DNA of 63,639 nucleotides, counting the filler, from Octopus bimaculoides (taxonomy: Eukaryota), in assembly GCF_001194135.2 (NCBI RefSeq). It is 7 parts of 5 records of this genome, joined end to end, with 100 filler letters (N's around TTAATTAATTAA, not from the genome) between each part and the next. Parts side by side here need not be neighbours in the genome. Positions count along the whole stretch, not along the records: positions 1 to 17,983 come from NC_068988.1; 6 more parts are not named here. The stretch is one strand, 5' to 3'. Position numbers and translations under genes: made by a program. Positions within the stretch are counted from its first letter, which is position 1. Every line of letters starts with the position of its first letter. Below, piece by piece: positions 1 through 12,260 of this stretch. Below the pieces are notes generated by a model that did no database searches, had not been told where the DNA came from, and saw nothing but the letters and a program-made list of their open reading frames with translations.

Positions 1-283
1 AGCCATTCTTCTATTCCAAGTTTCCTCATTGACCACCAGATAAGGGATCGGGGGACCCTGTCAAAGGCTTTCTCCATGTCAACGAAAGCCAGGTACAGAG
101 GTTTATCCTTGGCTAGGTATTTCTCTTGCAACTGTCTCACTAGAAATAAGGCATCAGTAGTGCTTTTACCTGGCACGAACCCAAACTGCATCTCATCTAA
201 ATTGATTCGCTCCCTAATTAGTTGGGCTATGACCCTCTCTGTAACTTTCATAACCTGATCTAACAGCTTGATGCCTCTGTAAT

Positions 284-285
<2 letters not shown>
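1..285 (-). mobile_element. RTE-clade LINE reverse transcriptase fragment (same family as 1130-4860, opposite orientation), runs off window edge
   Basis: Minus-strand translation NYRGIKLLDQVMKVTERVIAQLIRERINLDEMQFGFVPGKSTTDALFLVRQLQEKYLAKDKPLYLAFVDMEKAFDRVP, a typical non-LTR RT motif block; nucleotide similarity to 3220-3430. Confidence 0.9.

Positions 286-347
<62 letters not shown>
286..347. repeat. (TAA)n microsatellite at the 5' truncation point of the RTE fragment
   Basis: Direct reading. Confidence 0.95.
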
Positions 348-1129
348 TCATTATCATATGATATTTATTTTGTATTATATTATTTATTGTGCTTTTACTT
401 ATTAATTTTCTATATGTGACAGTGGATTTTCATCGATGAGTTCATGAACCTTGGTTCTTTTCTCTAAAACTATATATATATAACAGTAAAGAAATGGAAA
501 TGTTCAATTCTGTTACACTTTATAGTGCTCATATTATATTATCATTATTAACATTATTTACTTATTTATTTATCTATAAGGCTTTATCTACCCCCATGCT
601 ATACGTTATAGTAAAATGGAAAAATCCAAGTGTTCAATTCTGTTTACTGTTGCTCTTTATTTAGAAAATTCCATCTCTCCATTTGTTTTGTTACCCGCTA
701 TCTTATCCAAATGTTCTATTGTAGCCCGAATTCTCAAAAATTTAATCTCTCTCTTTCTCTATCTCTCTCACTTTTGTTACCCACTATATTTTCGCTTGTT
801 CATACTGTCTGTATCCTTGGTTTCCTATATTGATTGTTAATTAGCAACTTTCACTTTGTTTGTTGAATAGTGTTTCATCATTTGCAGTGTATCCTCCCAC
901 CCCACCCCACCACTTCTAATGGTTATCTATATGGAACACTCTCCCCCTTCCCTTCCATCCCTGTCTAGTGTTTATCTCCCAGAAAACATAGTGACTGTAA
1001 AGTGAAAATGATGGTAAAGTGTATGCAGGTTGAAACCTATTTGTATTTTTACGATGTCTGCCAAACACACATGCAAGCTTTCTTTTCAGATGCAAAATGC
1101 TGTCCTCCATCCCTGTGTCTTGCCAGCCC

Positions 1130-2151
1130 ACACCTTCCACACCCTCAGAGTTGGCACATTCAAAGGCAGGTCTGGTGAGATTGTTGAGATGCTTGAAAGA
1201 AGGCTTATAGATTTGTAGTGCATCCAAGAAGTAAGGTGGAGAGGAGGTTCTGCTAGGTTCCTCACAGGCATAGAACATAGGTATAAGATTTTCTGGGCAG
1301 GAAACAGTAATGGGGTTAGGGGCATGAATATACTCCTTGCTGAGAAATGGGTTGATAAGGTAATTGAGGTAGTCAGAGTCTGTGATAGAATAATTAAGTG
1401 TAGACTAGTGCTGCAACATGGAATAGCAACCATTATCTCGGCCTACGCCCCTCAGCCAGGTCTATCTGATGAACATAAAGACCGATTTTATGACACCCTC
1501 TTGCAGACTACCTTGTCAACAAATGACAGGGACTTTCACTTTGTGGCTGACAACTTCAATGGGCATGTTGGACAACATCCAAGTAGCTTTGTGTGCATGG
1601 TAGCAATGGATTTGGTTCCCGCAATGAGGAGGTAACCAGGCTGCTGGAGTTCGGTGATGCAAATGATCTTATGATTTGTAATGCTAACTTCAGGAAACCA
1701 GTTCAGTGGGCACACTAGTACATTCTCACCAGGAAATGGGGAAGATGACTGCTTATAAATGCCAAAACTTCCCCAGGTTAAGAATGCACCCTCCCCCACC
1801 CCAACATAGGTTAGTTGTTAGCGACTTCATGATCAGGGCTAAATGGCTGCTCAGAAGAGTACCAGTGAGGAAAAGGAGGGTCTAGAAGCTTAAGGATCCT
1901 CTGAATGGACAGAGATATAGAGATATATTACTTGAAGTTTTTGACAAAAAAGAGGAGTACAGTTCTATATTTAAGAGATGAGGAATTATGTAGGTCATTT
2001 ACATTATTTACATTTGACGAATATTTGTACTCATCTTGTTTGTTGTTAACACAACATTTTGGCTGATATACCCTCCAGCCTTCATCAGGTGTCTTGGGGA
2101 AATTTCAAACCTGGGTTTTCATTCCTAAGGTATTTTTCGATGCTGTTATTA

Positions 2152-2182
<31 letters not shown>

Positions 2183-4860
2183 ACAGGTCACTGCCTGGAA
2201 TAGAACTCGGAATCTTGGGGTTAGTAGCCTGCACTCTTAACCACTACGCCATATGCCCATGGCCCCAAGATTCCAAGTTTGATTCCAGGCAGTGACCTGT
2301 ATAACAACGGCGGCAGCAGCAACGACGACGATGACGACAACAACAACAACAACATTGAAAAATACCTTAGGAATGAGAACCCAGATTCGAAATTTCCCCA
2401 AGACACCTGATGAAGGCTGGAGGGTATATCAGCCGAAACTTTGTGCTAACAACAAACAAGATGAGGACAAATATCTGTCTATTGTAAATAATGCAAATAA
2501 AAAAGAGGAGGATATAAAGTCATGTAACATGGAGGACAACTGGGGGTTCCTACAAGACCTGTTGGCTACTGACCAGATCTATGGCTGGTGCAAAGTCGCC
2601 TCTCAACCTAAGGTGACATGGTGGTGGAACAATGTAGTTGACAGGGCCATTAGGGAAAAGAAACAGGCCTGGAAGGTCTGGAAGTGTGATGATAGCAGGG
2701 AACTGTATCAAATAACCAGAAGGGAAGCCAGATACAGGTATACTTAGCTAGAGGGGAAGCAGAAAAAAAAAGGTTTGCCAATATTCTATTTCAAATTGCA
2801 AGACAATGTGTGAGAGAAAATCATGATGTCATAGGAGAGAAATGAGTCTGCCTGGATGATGGCTCACTTGCATGATACTGCAAAGAAAGAGACTAGGAGA
2901 CACCACTGTGAAAGGCTGCTAAATGAAGAGAATGAATGGGAAAAAGAGTCTGCCAAATGTTGACCCTACTGAGGAACCAGCTACCTGAATCGACAGTACC
3001 ATGGTAGACAAAGCAATTAAGGATATGAAGACAGGGAAAGCTCCTAGCCCATCAGGAATCACCACTCAGATGCTTAAAATATGTGGTGGTGTAGGCTATG
3101 ATCTAGTCACCTGTATGGTTAACCAGGTGATACATGAAGGAATCATAACCAATGACTTGTGCAGCAGCACCATAATCAACTGCTATAATGGTAAAAGTCA
3201 CGAAGAGGGTCATATCCCAACTAATTAGGGAGAGGGTTAGTTTAGATAAGATGCAGTTTGGTTTTGTGCCAGGGAGAAGTACCACTGATATTTCTGGTAA
3301 GACAGCTGCAGGAGAAATACCTAGCCAAAGATAAACCTCTGTATTTGGCTTTTGTTGACATGGAGAAAGCCTTGGACTGGGTCCCCCAATCCCTTATTTG
3401 AAGGTCAATGCAGAAACTAGGGATAGATGAGTGGTTGGTGAAAGCTGTACAAGCCATGCACAGGGATGCTGTCAGTAAGGTGGGGGGGGGGGGCAACAAG
3501 TACAGTGAAGAATTTCAGGTAGAAGTAAGGTTTCACCAAGGATCAGTGCTCGGCCCCCTCTTGTTCATAGTCCACCAGGCAATAACAGAGGAATTCAAGA
3601 CAGGCTGCTCCTGGGAGCTCCTCTATGTTGAAGACCTTGCCCTTATAGCTAAATCACTACCTGAACTAGAGAAGAAGTTCCAGGTATGAAGCAAGGTCTA
3701 GAATTGAAAAGCCTTAGAATTAACCTAGCAAAAACTAAAGTAGGAAGGTAGACAAATCACAAATCCTTTCAGGTAGATGAGCCTGCTCAATCTGTAGAAA
3801 AGGCGTAGGTAGAAACTCCAGAAGATGTACCAGTGTAAACTATGGACACATAAGAGGTACAGTAATATCAGAGGAAGGTTAACAGGCAAGATAGTTTTTT
3901 GTGTGTGGAAGGTGGACAGGTACAATTAACACTAAAAATGTACAGAAAATAGATTCCATCACATGCCAGTGGGGAACACGAGAAGTAGTCAATAGCTTCA
4001 GTTACCTAAGTGACTAAATCAGTAGCGAGGGTGGATGTTCTGAAAGCATAGTTGCTAGAATAAGAATAGGCTGGGCAAAGTTCAGAGGGCTCCTACATCT
4101 ACTGGCTACAAAGGACCTCTCATTCAGAGTGAAAGGCAGACTGTATGATGCCTGTGTGTGAACAACCATGCTACACAGCAGTGAAACATGGACTGTGACT
4201 GCTGAGGAAATGCATAGGCTTGTAAAAAAATGAAGCTAGTATGCTTCACAGGATGTAAATGCCAGTGTGCATGCATAACAGAGTGTAAGCATTCTGAGAG
4301 AAAAGTTGGGCATAAGAAGCATCAGATGTGGTGTGCAAGAGAGATGACTGTGCTACATATGGATGAGGAGAGCTGTGTGAAGAAATGTTGCACTCTAATG
4401 GTGGAAGGAACCTGTGGAAGAGGTAGACACAGGAAGACATGGGATGAAGTGGTGAAGCATGATCTTCAAATGTTGGGTCTGACAGAGGCAATAACAAGCA
4501 ATGGAGACCTTTGGCAATATGCTGTGCTTGAGAAGACCAGTCAAGCCAAGCGAGATCTCGGTTGTAGTTGATGCCAGTGTCACATAACTGGCCTGTTAAA
4601 AGCACTCTTCAATAGTTGGGTGATATGCTGGGTTTCTGAAGACCTGCCGAGCCAAATGAAATTGTAGTCGTAGCCGATGCCAGTGTTGTCTGACTAGTAC
4701 CTGTGCCGGTGGCATGTAAAATCCACTGTTCAAGCATTGGGCCTCATGGAGGCAGTGACATGGCGATATACCATGCTTGTGTTGACCTGTCAAGCCAAGT
4801 GAGACCATAGTCATAGCCAATGTTTCTGTCAGGTCAACAGCACCCGTGCTGGTGTCAGAT
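1130..4860 (+). mobile_element. Decayed near-full-length RTE-clade LINE (APE endonuclease + RT + Cys-rich insert + C-terminus and 3' UTR), interrupted by a SINE fold-back at 1958-2498
   Basis: APE motifs (IQEVRWRGG, IISAYAPQ, FNGHVG); RT motifs (KAPSPSGI, QFGFVPG, AFVDMEKA, HQGSVLGPLLF, LLYVEDL); C-terminal GRGRHRKTWDEVV; many frameshifts and stops. Confidence 0.92.
1958..2498. mobile_element. Head-to-head (fold-back) double copy of a tRNA-headed, hammerhead-bearing SINE
   Basis: Minus arm 1958-2259 and plus arm 2260-2498 are inverted homologues; 12-bp TSD aaaaaagaggag at 1946-1957 and 2499-2510; removing the insert restores the RTE frame EVFDKKEEDIKSCNMEDNW. Confidence 0.88.
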
Positions 4861-4952
4861 ACAGCAGTATATATACATATATATATATATATCATCGTCA
4901 TGCTAATGTCTACAATCGCCTGTATGCATGGAACAAATGCGGAATGTTGAAA

Positions 4953-5114
4953 TATTGCTTTCAAATTTTGGCACAAAGCCAGTAAGTTATGGGGAAGAGC
5001 TAAGTCAATCACATCAACGCCAATACTCAACTGGTACTATTTTTATCAACTCTGAAAGGAGGAAAGGCAAAGTCAACCTGACTGATGAAATACCACTAAG
5101 TATTTCACATGCTA
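4953..5114 (-). mobile_element. Decayed Nin/Deu-domain-like tRNA SINE (family A)
   Basis: Matches family A core (ctgaaagga.gaaaggcaaagtcaacct, ctggtact) seen in better copies at 30662 and 39179. Confidence 0.65.
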
Positions 5115-5269
5115 ATCCTTCTTTCACCTCACCACCTTCGAGGAAAGTTGAAATAGTGCAAGAGTTACTGTGACAGCAGTGTTGAGATTCTTCAAACATA
5201 AGGGAACTTCAATACATAAGTTTCCCAAACCACAGAAGTTGATGTAGTTTAACACAGCCTCTACACTTG

Positions 5270-5450
5270 ATCTTTAGAAATAGCAACCAAATCTCCTTCA
5301 AATTACATCCTATTGTCTTAAAAAGGGCAGGACATTGGATAATATAGTCTTAAATATGCTATAGCTGAGTAAAAGCTGGAATAATCACTACTAGAATACC
5401 TTGTCATAAGTTTGCTAGAGAAGTAGTCTAGGGCTAAATAACAACTATTT
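5270..5450 (+). repeat. Dispersed unclassified repeat with core aaatagcagccaaatctcc (other fragments near 13430, 18800, 30020, 40670, 61070)
   Basis: Recurrent core and downstream ggacacattggataat-like motif in several copies within the window. Confidence 0.5.
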
Positions 5451-5811
5451 TCATTAGTGTTCAACCTCAGTTCTAAGATAAAATGCTAGAAAAACTAAAA
5501 ATATATTAAAGTGAACTGAACCTGGCTGTTTCATTTGATTGGATTGTTGATGTTAAAAGAAAAAAATCAGACTAATTTTTGTGAAAAATTTAATAAGTAA
5601 CCTAAACTAATTAAATTCTCATTATTATTCTAGTTGTATAACTATTGGTTGACCCTGATAACAGATTTAAATCACAGATGTTCCAGCTGTGAAATCCAGT
5701 CTTTCTTTTTCAGTCAAAATGTATCTAGCACTACATTATCCAATGTATCCTTCCTCTTCTAAGATGATAGTATCCAGATTTGGTTGCTAGTTGTAGCACA
5801 TCAGCAACAGT

Positions 5812-5960
5812 CATCATCATCATCATTATTTAACATCTGCCTTCCATGCTGGCATGGGTTGGACAGTTTGACAGGAGCTGGCCAGGCAGGAGCCTACACC
5901 AAACTTTTGTGTCTGTTTCGGCAGGGTTTCTATGGCTGTATGCCCTTCCTAACACCAACT
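5812..5960 (-). mobile_element. RTE-type 3' tail fragment ending in (GAT)n
   Basis: Inverted homologue of 6090-6231 tail (ccaacccatgc.agcatggaa...gatgatgat). Confidence 0.55.
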
Positions 5961-6089
5961 ACTCAACAGCTCCTTTATTAATTTGTTGTTGCATTTTTTA
6001 AAGCTTCACCTGCTAAACATAGCAATCAAATCACCAATAAATGACACTTCACAGTTTTAAAGGGTGGGTAAAAATGATAATGTAATTTT

Positions 6090-6231
6090 GTGCTGGTGGC
6101 ACGTGTAAAGACATTCGAGCGAGATCGTTGCCAGATTGGAGCCTGGTGTAGCCATCTGGTTCACCAGTCCTCAGTCAAATCGTCCAACCCATGCTAGCAT
6201 GGAAAGCGGCCGTTAAACGATGATGATGATG
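6090..6231 (+). mobile_element. RTE-type 3' tail / short retroposon ending in (GAT)n
   Basis: tggtggcacgt start resembles RTE 3' UTR at 4700; ends aacccatgctagcatggaaagcggccgttaaacgatgatgatgatga. Confidence 0.55.
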
Positions 6232-6816
6232 ATAAATTTTAAATGTAAACTGTCTCTGAAACAAAAAGATATAATGGCCACAAGAATCCCTTAACTATCA
6301 GCCAAATGTTGAATACAACTCCCTTTCAACCTCAGAAACTGATAAATTGTTTCGAAGTCTGCAATGTTAACCCTTTTGTTACCATATCCAGCTGATTTCA
6401 ACACTAATTTTTTTCAATTGATTTTGAAAATTATGAAAATGCTTGAAATATATTAGAATGGAAGTTTTAATCATAGAATTGAAGGTGGTCAGAGGCAGAT
6501 TGGTATCAAAAAATTTTAAATGAATTCTTTCTCAAATGAGATTACAGAAATAAATGATGGCAGAAAGAGCAATAGTGCTTATTAAAGAGGACATTAAGTA
6601 GATAGGCTGTCTAACTGGAACAACAAATAGTAAATGGTGCTAAAACTTACAGATCAACTTTAATTTTGTTGCTGTGAGGAGAGGTGAGTTGGAAACTGTC
6701 ATGGCGTCAATGGCTTTTATCTGGAAAAAAATGAGAGACAGAGAGATAATAAATGAAAGACTATCAAATTCAATTATCAAAGAGACAAACAAACAGAAAA
6801 GAAAATAAGAAAATAA

Positions 6817-6842
6817 TCTATATATATAAAAATGAGAATGTG

Positions 6843-6877
<35 letters not shown>

Positions 6878-8117
6878 GTGAATCCCTAAAACTCGAGAAC
6901 TACGCAACCAATTTCATTCAAATTTTACAGATACCTTACTTAGGGTTCCAGTTGTGTTTTAGTAAAAAAAAATTTTAACTTCTTGCAGAGTTCGAGCCCA
7001 CAGCAACATAATATCTCCTCCACTATTTAAGTATTACGTGTCAAAAGTGAAACAAAAACACTCGTGTCAAATACTTTCACTTTAAAAATGAAACTATTCC
7101 ACTAACTGAAACAATCACATTTCGATACTGTAATGACAGNNNNNNNNNNNNNNNNNNNNNNNNNNNNNNNNNNNNNNNNNNNNNNNNNNNNNNNNNNNNN
7201 NNNNNNNNNNNNNNNNNNNNNNNNNNNNNNNNNNNNNNNNNNNNNNNNNNNNNNNNNNNNNNNNNNNNNNNNNNNNNNNNNNNNNNNNNNNNNNNNNNNN
7301 NNNNNNNNNNNNNNNNNNNNNNNNNNNNNNNNNNNNNNNNNNNNNNNNNNNNNNNNNNNNNNNNNNNNNNNNNNNNNNNNNNNNNNNNNNNNNNNNNNNN
7401 NNNNNNNNNNNNNNNNNNNNNNNNNNNNNNNNNNNNNNNNNNNNNNNNNNNNNNNNNNNNNNNNNNNNNNNNNNNNNNNNNNNNNNNNNNNNNNNNNNNN
7501 NNNNNNNNNNNNNNNNNNNNNNNNNNNNNNNNNNNNNNNNNNNNNNNNNNNNNNNNNNNNNNNNNNNNNNNNNNNNNNNNNNNNNNNNNNNNNNNNNNNN
7601 NNNNNNNNNNNNNNNNNNNNNNNNNNNNNNNNNNNNNNNNNNNNNNNNNNNNNNNNNNNNNNNNNNNNNNNNNNNNNNNNNNNNNNNNNNNNNNNNNNNN
7701 NNNNNNNNNNNNNNNNNNNNNNNNNNNNNNNNNNNNNNNNNNNNNNNNNNNNNNCTTTCATTGTGATTTCTGCAATGTGGTGCATAAATTGTCAAGTAAA
7801 TGAGACACATCTTTGCCTCCACTGATTCACTTGCAAAGTGTTGAGTAAAATTATTTTGTTGCAGACCTCCTTTGGGTCTTTTTATTATCACTACGACACA
7901 CATAGTCCCCAGTTGGTAACATTGATTTCAAGGCCTTCCTAGATGAGAGACTGGCATTCCACTTAATGTCTATGTTCCATGCTGGCATGGATTGGAGAGT
8001 TATTAATGTAGAAATATGGTATCGTAGCTACTAACAGTTGAGGGTTGCGTAGTCTAGACGGCGTTTTTAGATTTCATTATTCTCTTTAACCCGGGCAAAG
8101 CCGGGTATTTCTGCTAG
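6817..8117 (+). mobile_element. Non-autonomous Helitron (spans an assembly gap)
   Basis: 5' A|TCTATATATATAAAA followed by (GTCT)n; 3' hairpin acccgggcaaagccgggt (8089-8106) then CTAG|T at 8114-8118. Linkage of the two ends across the N-gap is inferred. Confidence 0.65.
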
Positions 8118-8279
8118 TATAAAAATATTTGCATGAATTGAAACTATACCAACGGTCAGTAGATATAGTTTTACTGAATGCTGACAACTCTGTACTGTCA
8201 GTGTATGTGTACTTATATGAATACATATATATGTCTCTGTGTGTATGAACATTCATATGTCTGTGTGCCTATAAGTACA

Positions 8280-8460
8280 AGCATGGCTGTGTGGTTAAGA
8301 AATTTACTTCCCAACTACATGGCTTCAGGTTCAGTCCCACTGCACCACTTTTTGAGCATCTTCTACTCTAACTTTGGGCCAACTCATGTAGTGTAAGCAG
8401 AAGTGGTTGAAAAATGCAGTGTAAGCAGAAGTGGTTGATAGAAACTGCAGGATTACTTGT
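8280..8460 (+). mobile_element. 5' fragment of tRNA-derived SINE family B
   Basis: A-box tggctgtgtggt and B-box ggttcagtccc; matches full copy at 32006. Confidence 0.7.
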
Positions 8461-10036
8461 AATACACATGTGGGTATTGAAGATGAACACATGTTCACGT
8501 TCGGCTGTATATTTTTGAAAGTGATGGTTGAATATTACTTATGTGATGACGCTTGATTGCGTATATATTTAATTCTAACACTCTCGGATTTCTATCTTGA
8601 AATGCTGCACTGAAGAAGTGAAATAAGTAAATATTACTTTACTTTAATCCCAAAACGTGTATGTCGCTAATCTGAGTTGTGTGGATTCGTTATTTTTTCT
8701 TTTAGCCTACGTAAAAAAGTGTGTTATTGTCTGGGAGTTCTTTATAGTAGCAGAAAAGGCTTTTTAACTCCTATTTCTAAATTTGGTGCATGGTGAAGCA
8801 ATTAGCTGACCCTGATTATAATTATATTTATAATTACAGAATGATTCTACTCAATTATGATTATTGAGGTAAAGATTGATATAAGTTTATGCCCAACCAA
8901 TTGATTTGCAACTGGATAGAAAGCCCTGCAAAGAGTATTGCAACACTCTCAGAAGTAGGTAACAATAGAATGTGAGGTGGCCCTGAAAAGGCTGTGTTAT
9001 TGTTCTCACAATTGTAACAATTTGGTAGGTAGTCCTGGAAGGGTGTGTAAAACATTCACAGGTGAATGCGGTGTCTTCCTTTTCCACCAACGGCAGTGGA
9101 CTTGCTGTTACAAAACTTCATGATCTGTGAAAACAGAACAGATGCCCTATGGAGGAAAAAGGGAGATTAATCATGGGTAAGTAAATATGGGTAAGTTTGA
9201 AAATATACCACAATAGCATCTACTCACCATATGTCAGACGAGCAAGACTGTAGTGGTGCTGAATAGATGAATCACAACACCTCTCTCATCGAGATGTTGT
9301 CTAAAATGACCTGTTGCTTTTGAATACTTTGTATTTGATGTAAAATGTAATGGTGTAAAATATAATGGTGAGAGAGAGGATGTATGAATTTAGTTTTATC
9401 AACTTTTTAAGTTCTGTTATTTGATGTAAATTGTAATGGCATGTAAGAGATAGTTACTTCATGTAATTATTTTTATCCATTTGTTTCATTGATCGTTGTT
9501 ATGATTACATTTGTTGTATAAAATGATATGTTGCTTGGTTTTCAAATTGTATGTTGCGATCCTGTTGCCGCTGATGTAAACTGAAATGGTGAGAGAGGAG
9601 ATGGAAGGGGGAGATGTATCATGTACGTCGGATGTAGATGATGNNNNNNNNNNNNNNNNNNNNNNNNNNNNNNNNNNNNNNNNNNNNNNNNNNNNNNNNN
9701 NNNNNNNNNNNNNNNNNNNNNNNNNNNNNNNNNNNNNNNNNNNNNNNNNNNNNNNNNNNNNNNNNNNNNNNNNNNNNNNNNNNNNNNNNNNNNNNNNNNN
9801 NNNNNNNNNNNNNNNNNNNNNNNNNNNNNNNNNNNNNNNNNNNNNNNNNNNNNNNNNNNNNNNNNNNNNNNNNNNNNNNNNNNNNNNNNNNNNNNNNNNN
9901 NNNNNNNNNNNNNNNNNNNNNNNNNNNNNNNNNNNNNNNNNNNNNNNNNNNNNNNNNNNNNNNNNNNNNNNNNNNNNNNNNNNNNNNNNNNNNNNNNNNN
10001 NNNNNNNNNNNNNNNNNNNNNNNNNNNNNNNNNNNN

Positions 10037-10690
10037 AAAATTAGGAAGTGAAGTAATCCTATAAAACCTCCTTGTACACAATGTTTTTTGTTTTTCCTTG
10101 TGGAACGAACACGAAAGCATCACTCTCACTGCCCACACGCGAGCAGCCAATGTAAAGCTGACCATGAGAGAAACACGGCTCCTCCAAATGCATTCCCATG
10201 ACAGACAGCGCTTGCCCTTGCGCTTTGTTAATTGACATTGCGAAGCATGGCCTGACTGGGAACTGGGACCTCCAAAATATGAAAGGTAGGTCTGCTCCTG
10301 ATGGGAAAAGATGCATCCTCAGTATGAGCACAACCTTGCCTCGACTGCTTAACGTGACTTCAATCAAACATGTGCCATTGCATTGTTTTAGCAGAACCAA
10401 ATTTCGAATGAGCATTATAGGGGCACCAACTTTAAGTTTCAGAATGTGTCAGGGTAGTCCGGAGGGCTCAAAGGAATTTAGTACCTCTATTGGATAGTTG
10501 ATGATGTCCTCGGGGACAGGAGCTCTATCGATAGACTTATATATATAGCCATCCCCAGGAATGAGTTTTAGCATTTGATCATTAATATGGTTAACAGTTT
10601 TTGTTGTATTCCTCTCGGGAGACTCGCAGAGAAAAGACAATGAGTTGTACAAATTTGTTATTACATTTATTATTTAATTACAGACAAAAC
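10037..10690 (-). mobile_element. Helitron RepHel PIF1-like helicase C-terminal fragment (frameshifted)
   Basis: ORFs 10059-10415 (QFPVRPCFAMSINKAQGQAL, FSHGQLYIGCSRV, TKNIVYKEVL) and 10449-10652 (YPIEVLNSFEPSGLP). Confidence 0.93.
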
Positions 10691-11569
10691 GCACTCACCG
10701 AAAGTTCGATGGTAATAAACAAGTATCATGTCCTCGCCATATTGTTCAGTAACCTTTTACTACCACAGTAACAACATAAGAGAGATATAGACACATAAGA
10801 GAGATATAGACACTCTGTTAAAACTGTTTGGTGCTTGACAAGTTGAAGGCGATTCCAGTGGCTATTTTTCANNNNNNNNNNNNNNNNNNNNNNNNNNNNN
10901 NNNNNNNNNNNNNNNNNNNNNNNNNNNNNNNNNNNNNNNNNNNNNNNNNNNNNNNNNNNNNNNNNNNNNNNCTATATTTAACTGTCAAATTCAAGTCAAA
11001 TATATAATTTACCTTACACATTTACCTTTTACCCTGAAGATGTACACACACAATTACCATGTAGATACAAAGTAATCAAATGCTTGTAGTGATTTAACAG
11101 GTTAAGTTCAAATTATATTTTAATTAGTACAGTTTGTGCTACATGTAATTAGCATGAAGAAATCATCAAGTGTAGTAGACACCAATTAGGAATGTTTCTA
11201 CAGAATACCACCCGCCTCAACTTAGAGAAAAGATACATGATATTCTTTATTTATTTTTGCTTTGTTTATTGAAATATTAATATCTGCAAATGTGAAGGCA
11301 GCAAAAAAAGACTATAGCTCACCCCACTCCCAGCCCTCTTTGAAAAATTGATCTTTTGCTAAGTCAGATATATATACATACTATTAATGTCAACAGTTTG
11401 TTTAATATAAAGGTTCTATAGGAAACTTATCAAAGTGGTAAACAAGCAGATCATGAATATGAAAAAAGTGGTGGTGTGTGACAGTGAAAATGGCCAATAA
11501 CTACAGAGAATGATATTAATGAGCTAATATATCAACTGTTGGATGTCCAAATGTTAATTAATGAGAAGT

Positions 11570-12260
11570 TTTAGGGTACAAATCTAGTTTTCCATGCTTG
11601 CATGAACTGGATAGGGAAAGGACTTTGCCAAAAGAGTATCTCCCCATCTGTTGTGATCTTTTGTGAACCTTTTGAGGTTAACCTTCACCTACAGGTTTCC
11701 ATCTTTGGTATTGCAAGTCCAGTCAACTTGGATTGCCTGACACTTCTTTCCCCTTAAAAATCATGTTTGTATCAGCTCAGTTTCCTGTCTTGCACACAAT
11801 CTGATTCCTCATATATCTACTTTTGCTTTTAGTTCATTTACATCCCACCATTCATCCAGACCAACAAAACATGCTCACCTTATTCCTTCCCAACCTTCTC
11901 ACATTCTTCACATTCAATGCTCATGTTTCACTCACATACATCATCACACTTATGACACAAGCATCATTCAATCAGCCTTTTAAGAGAGAATCCTTTTGTT
12001 ATCAGCTTCGATAATAGCTACCTGGAATTTTTTATCCCATTCTTATTCTGGCAACTATGCTGTCAGAACCACTGCTAAGTAGGTCATCTAGGTAAAAACT
12101 TCTATGGAGCCTTCTGAACATTTGAAGGAATTCGTCTCTCAATACTCTTGACCTTCCTTACAATGCTGCCACATATGAAGTCTACTTTCCCTCTCAGTCA
12201 GCTCTGAGGTGCCACTACACTTCTTGAGTATCCACAGTTTACATTTCTTTCTTCATATCA
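11570..12260 (-). mobile_element. Strongly decayed 3' fragment of the same RTE family (includes Cys-rich segment)
   Basis: Minus translation KCKLWILKKCSG... and similarity to 3830-4450. Confidence 0.65.

Noticed and set aside
7102-7903. Long ORFs in the supplied track made of X residues, and low-complexity ORFs (poly-THTH, IYIY, CVCV, LLLL, KKKK)
   Set aside because: Produced by N-gaps and microsatellites; no coding evidence
8930-9310. Possible decayed Helitron Rep N-terminal sequence near the helicase fragment
   Set aside because: Motif match too weak to call
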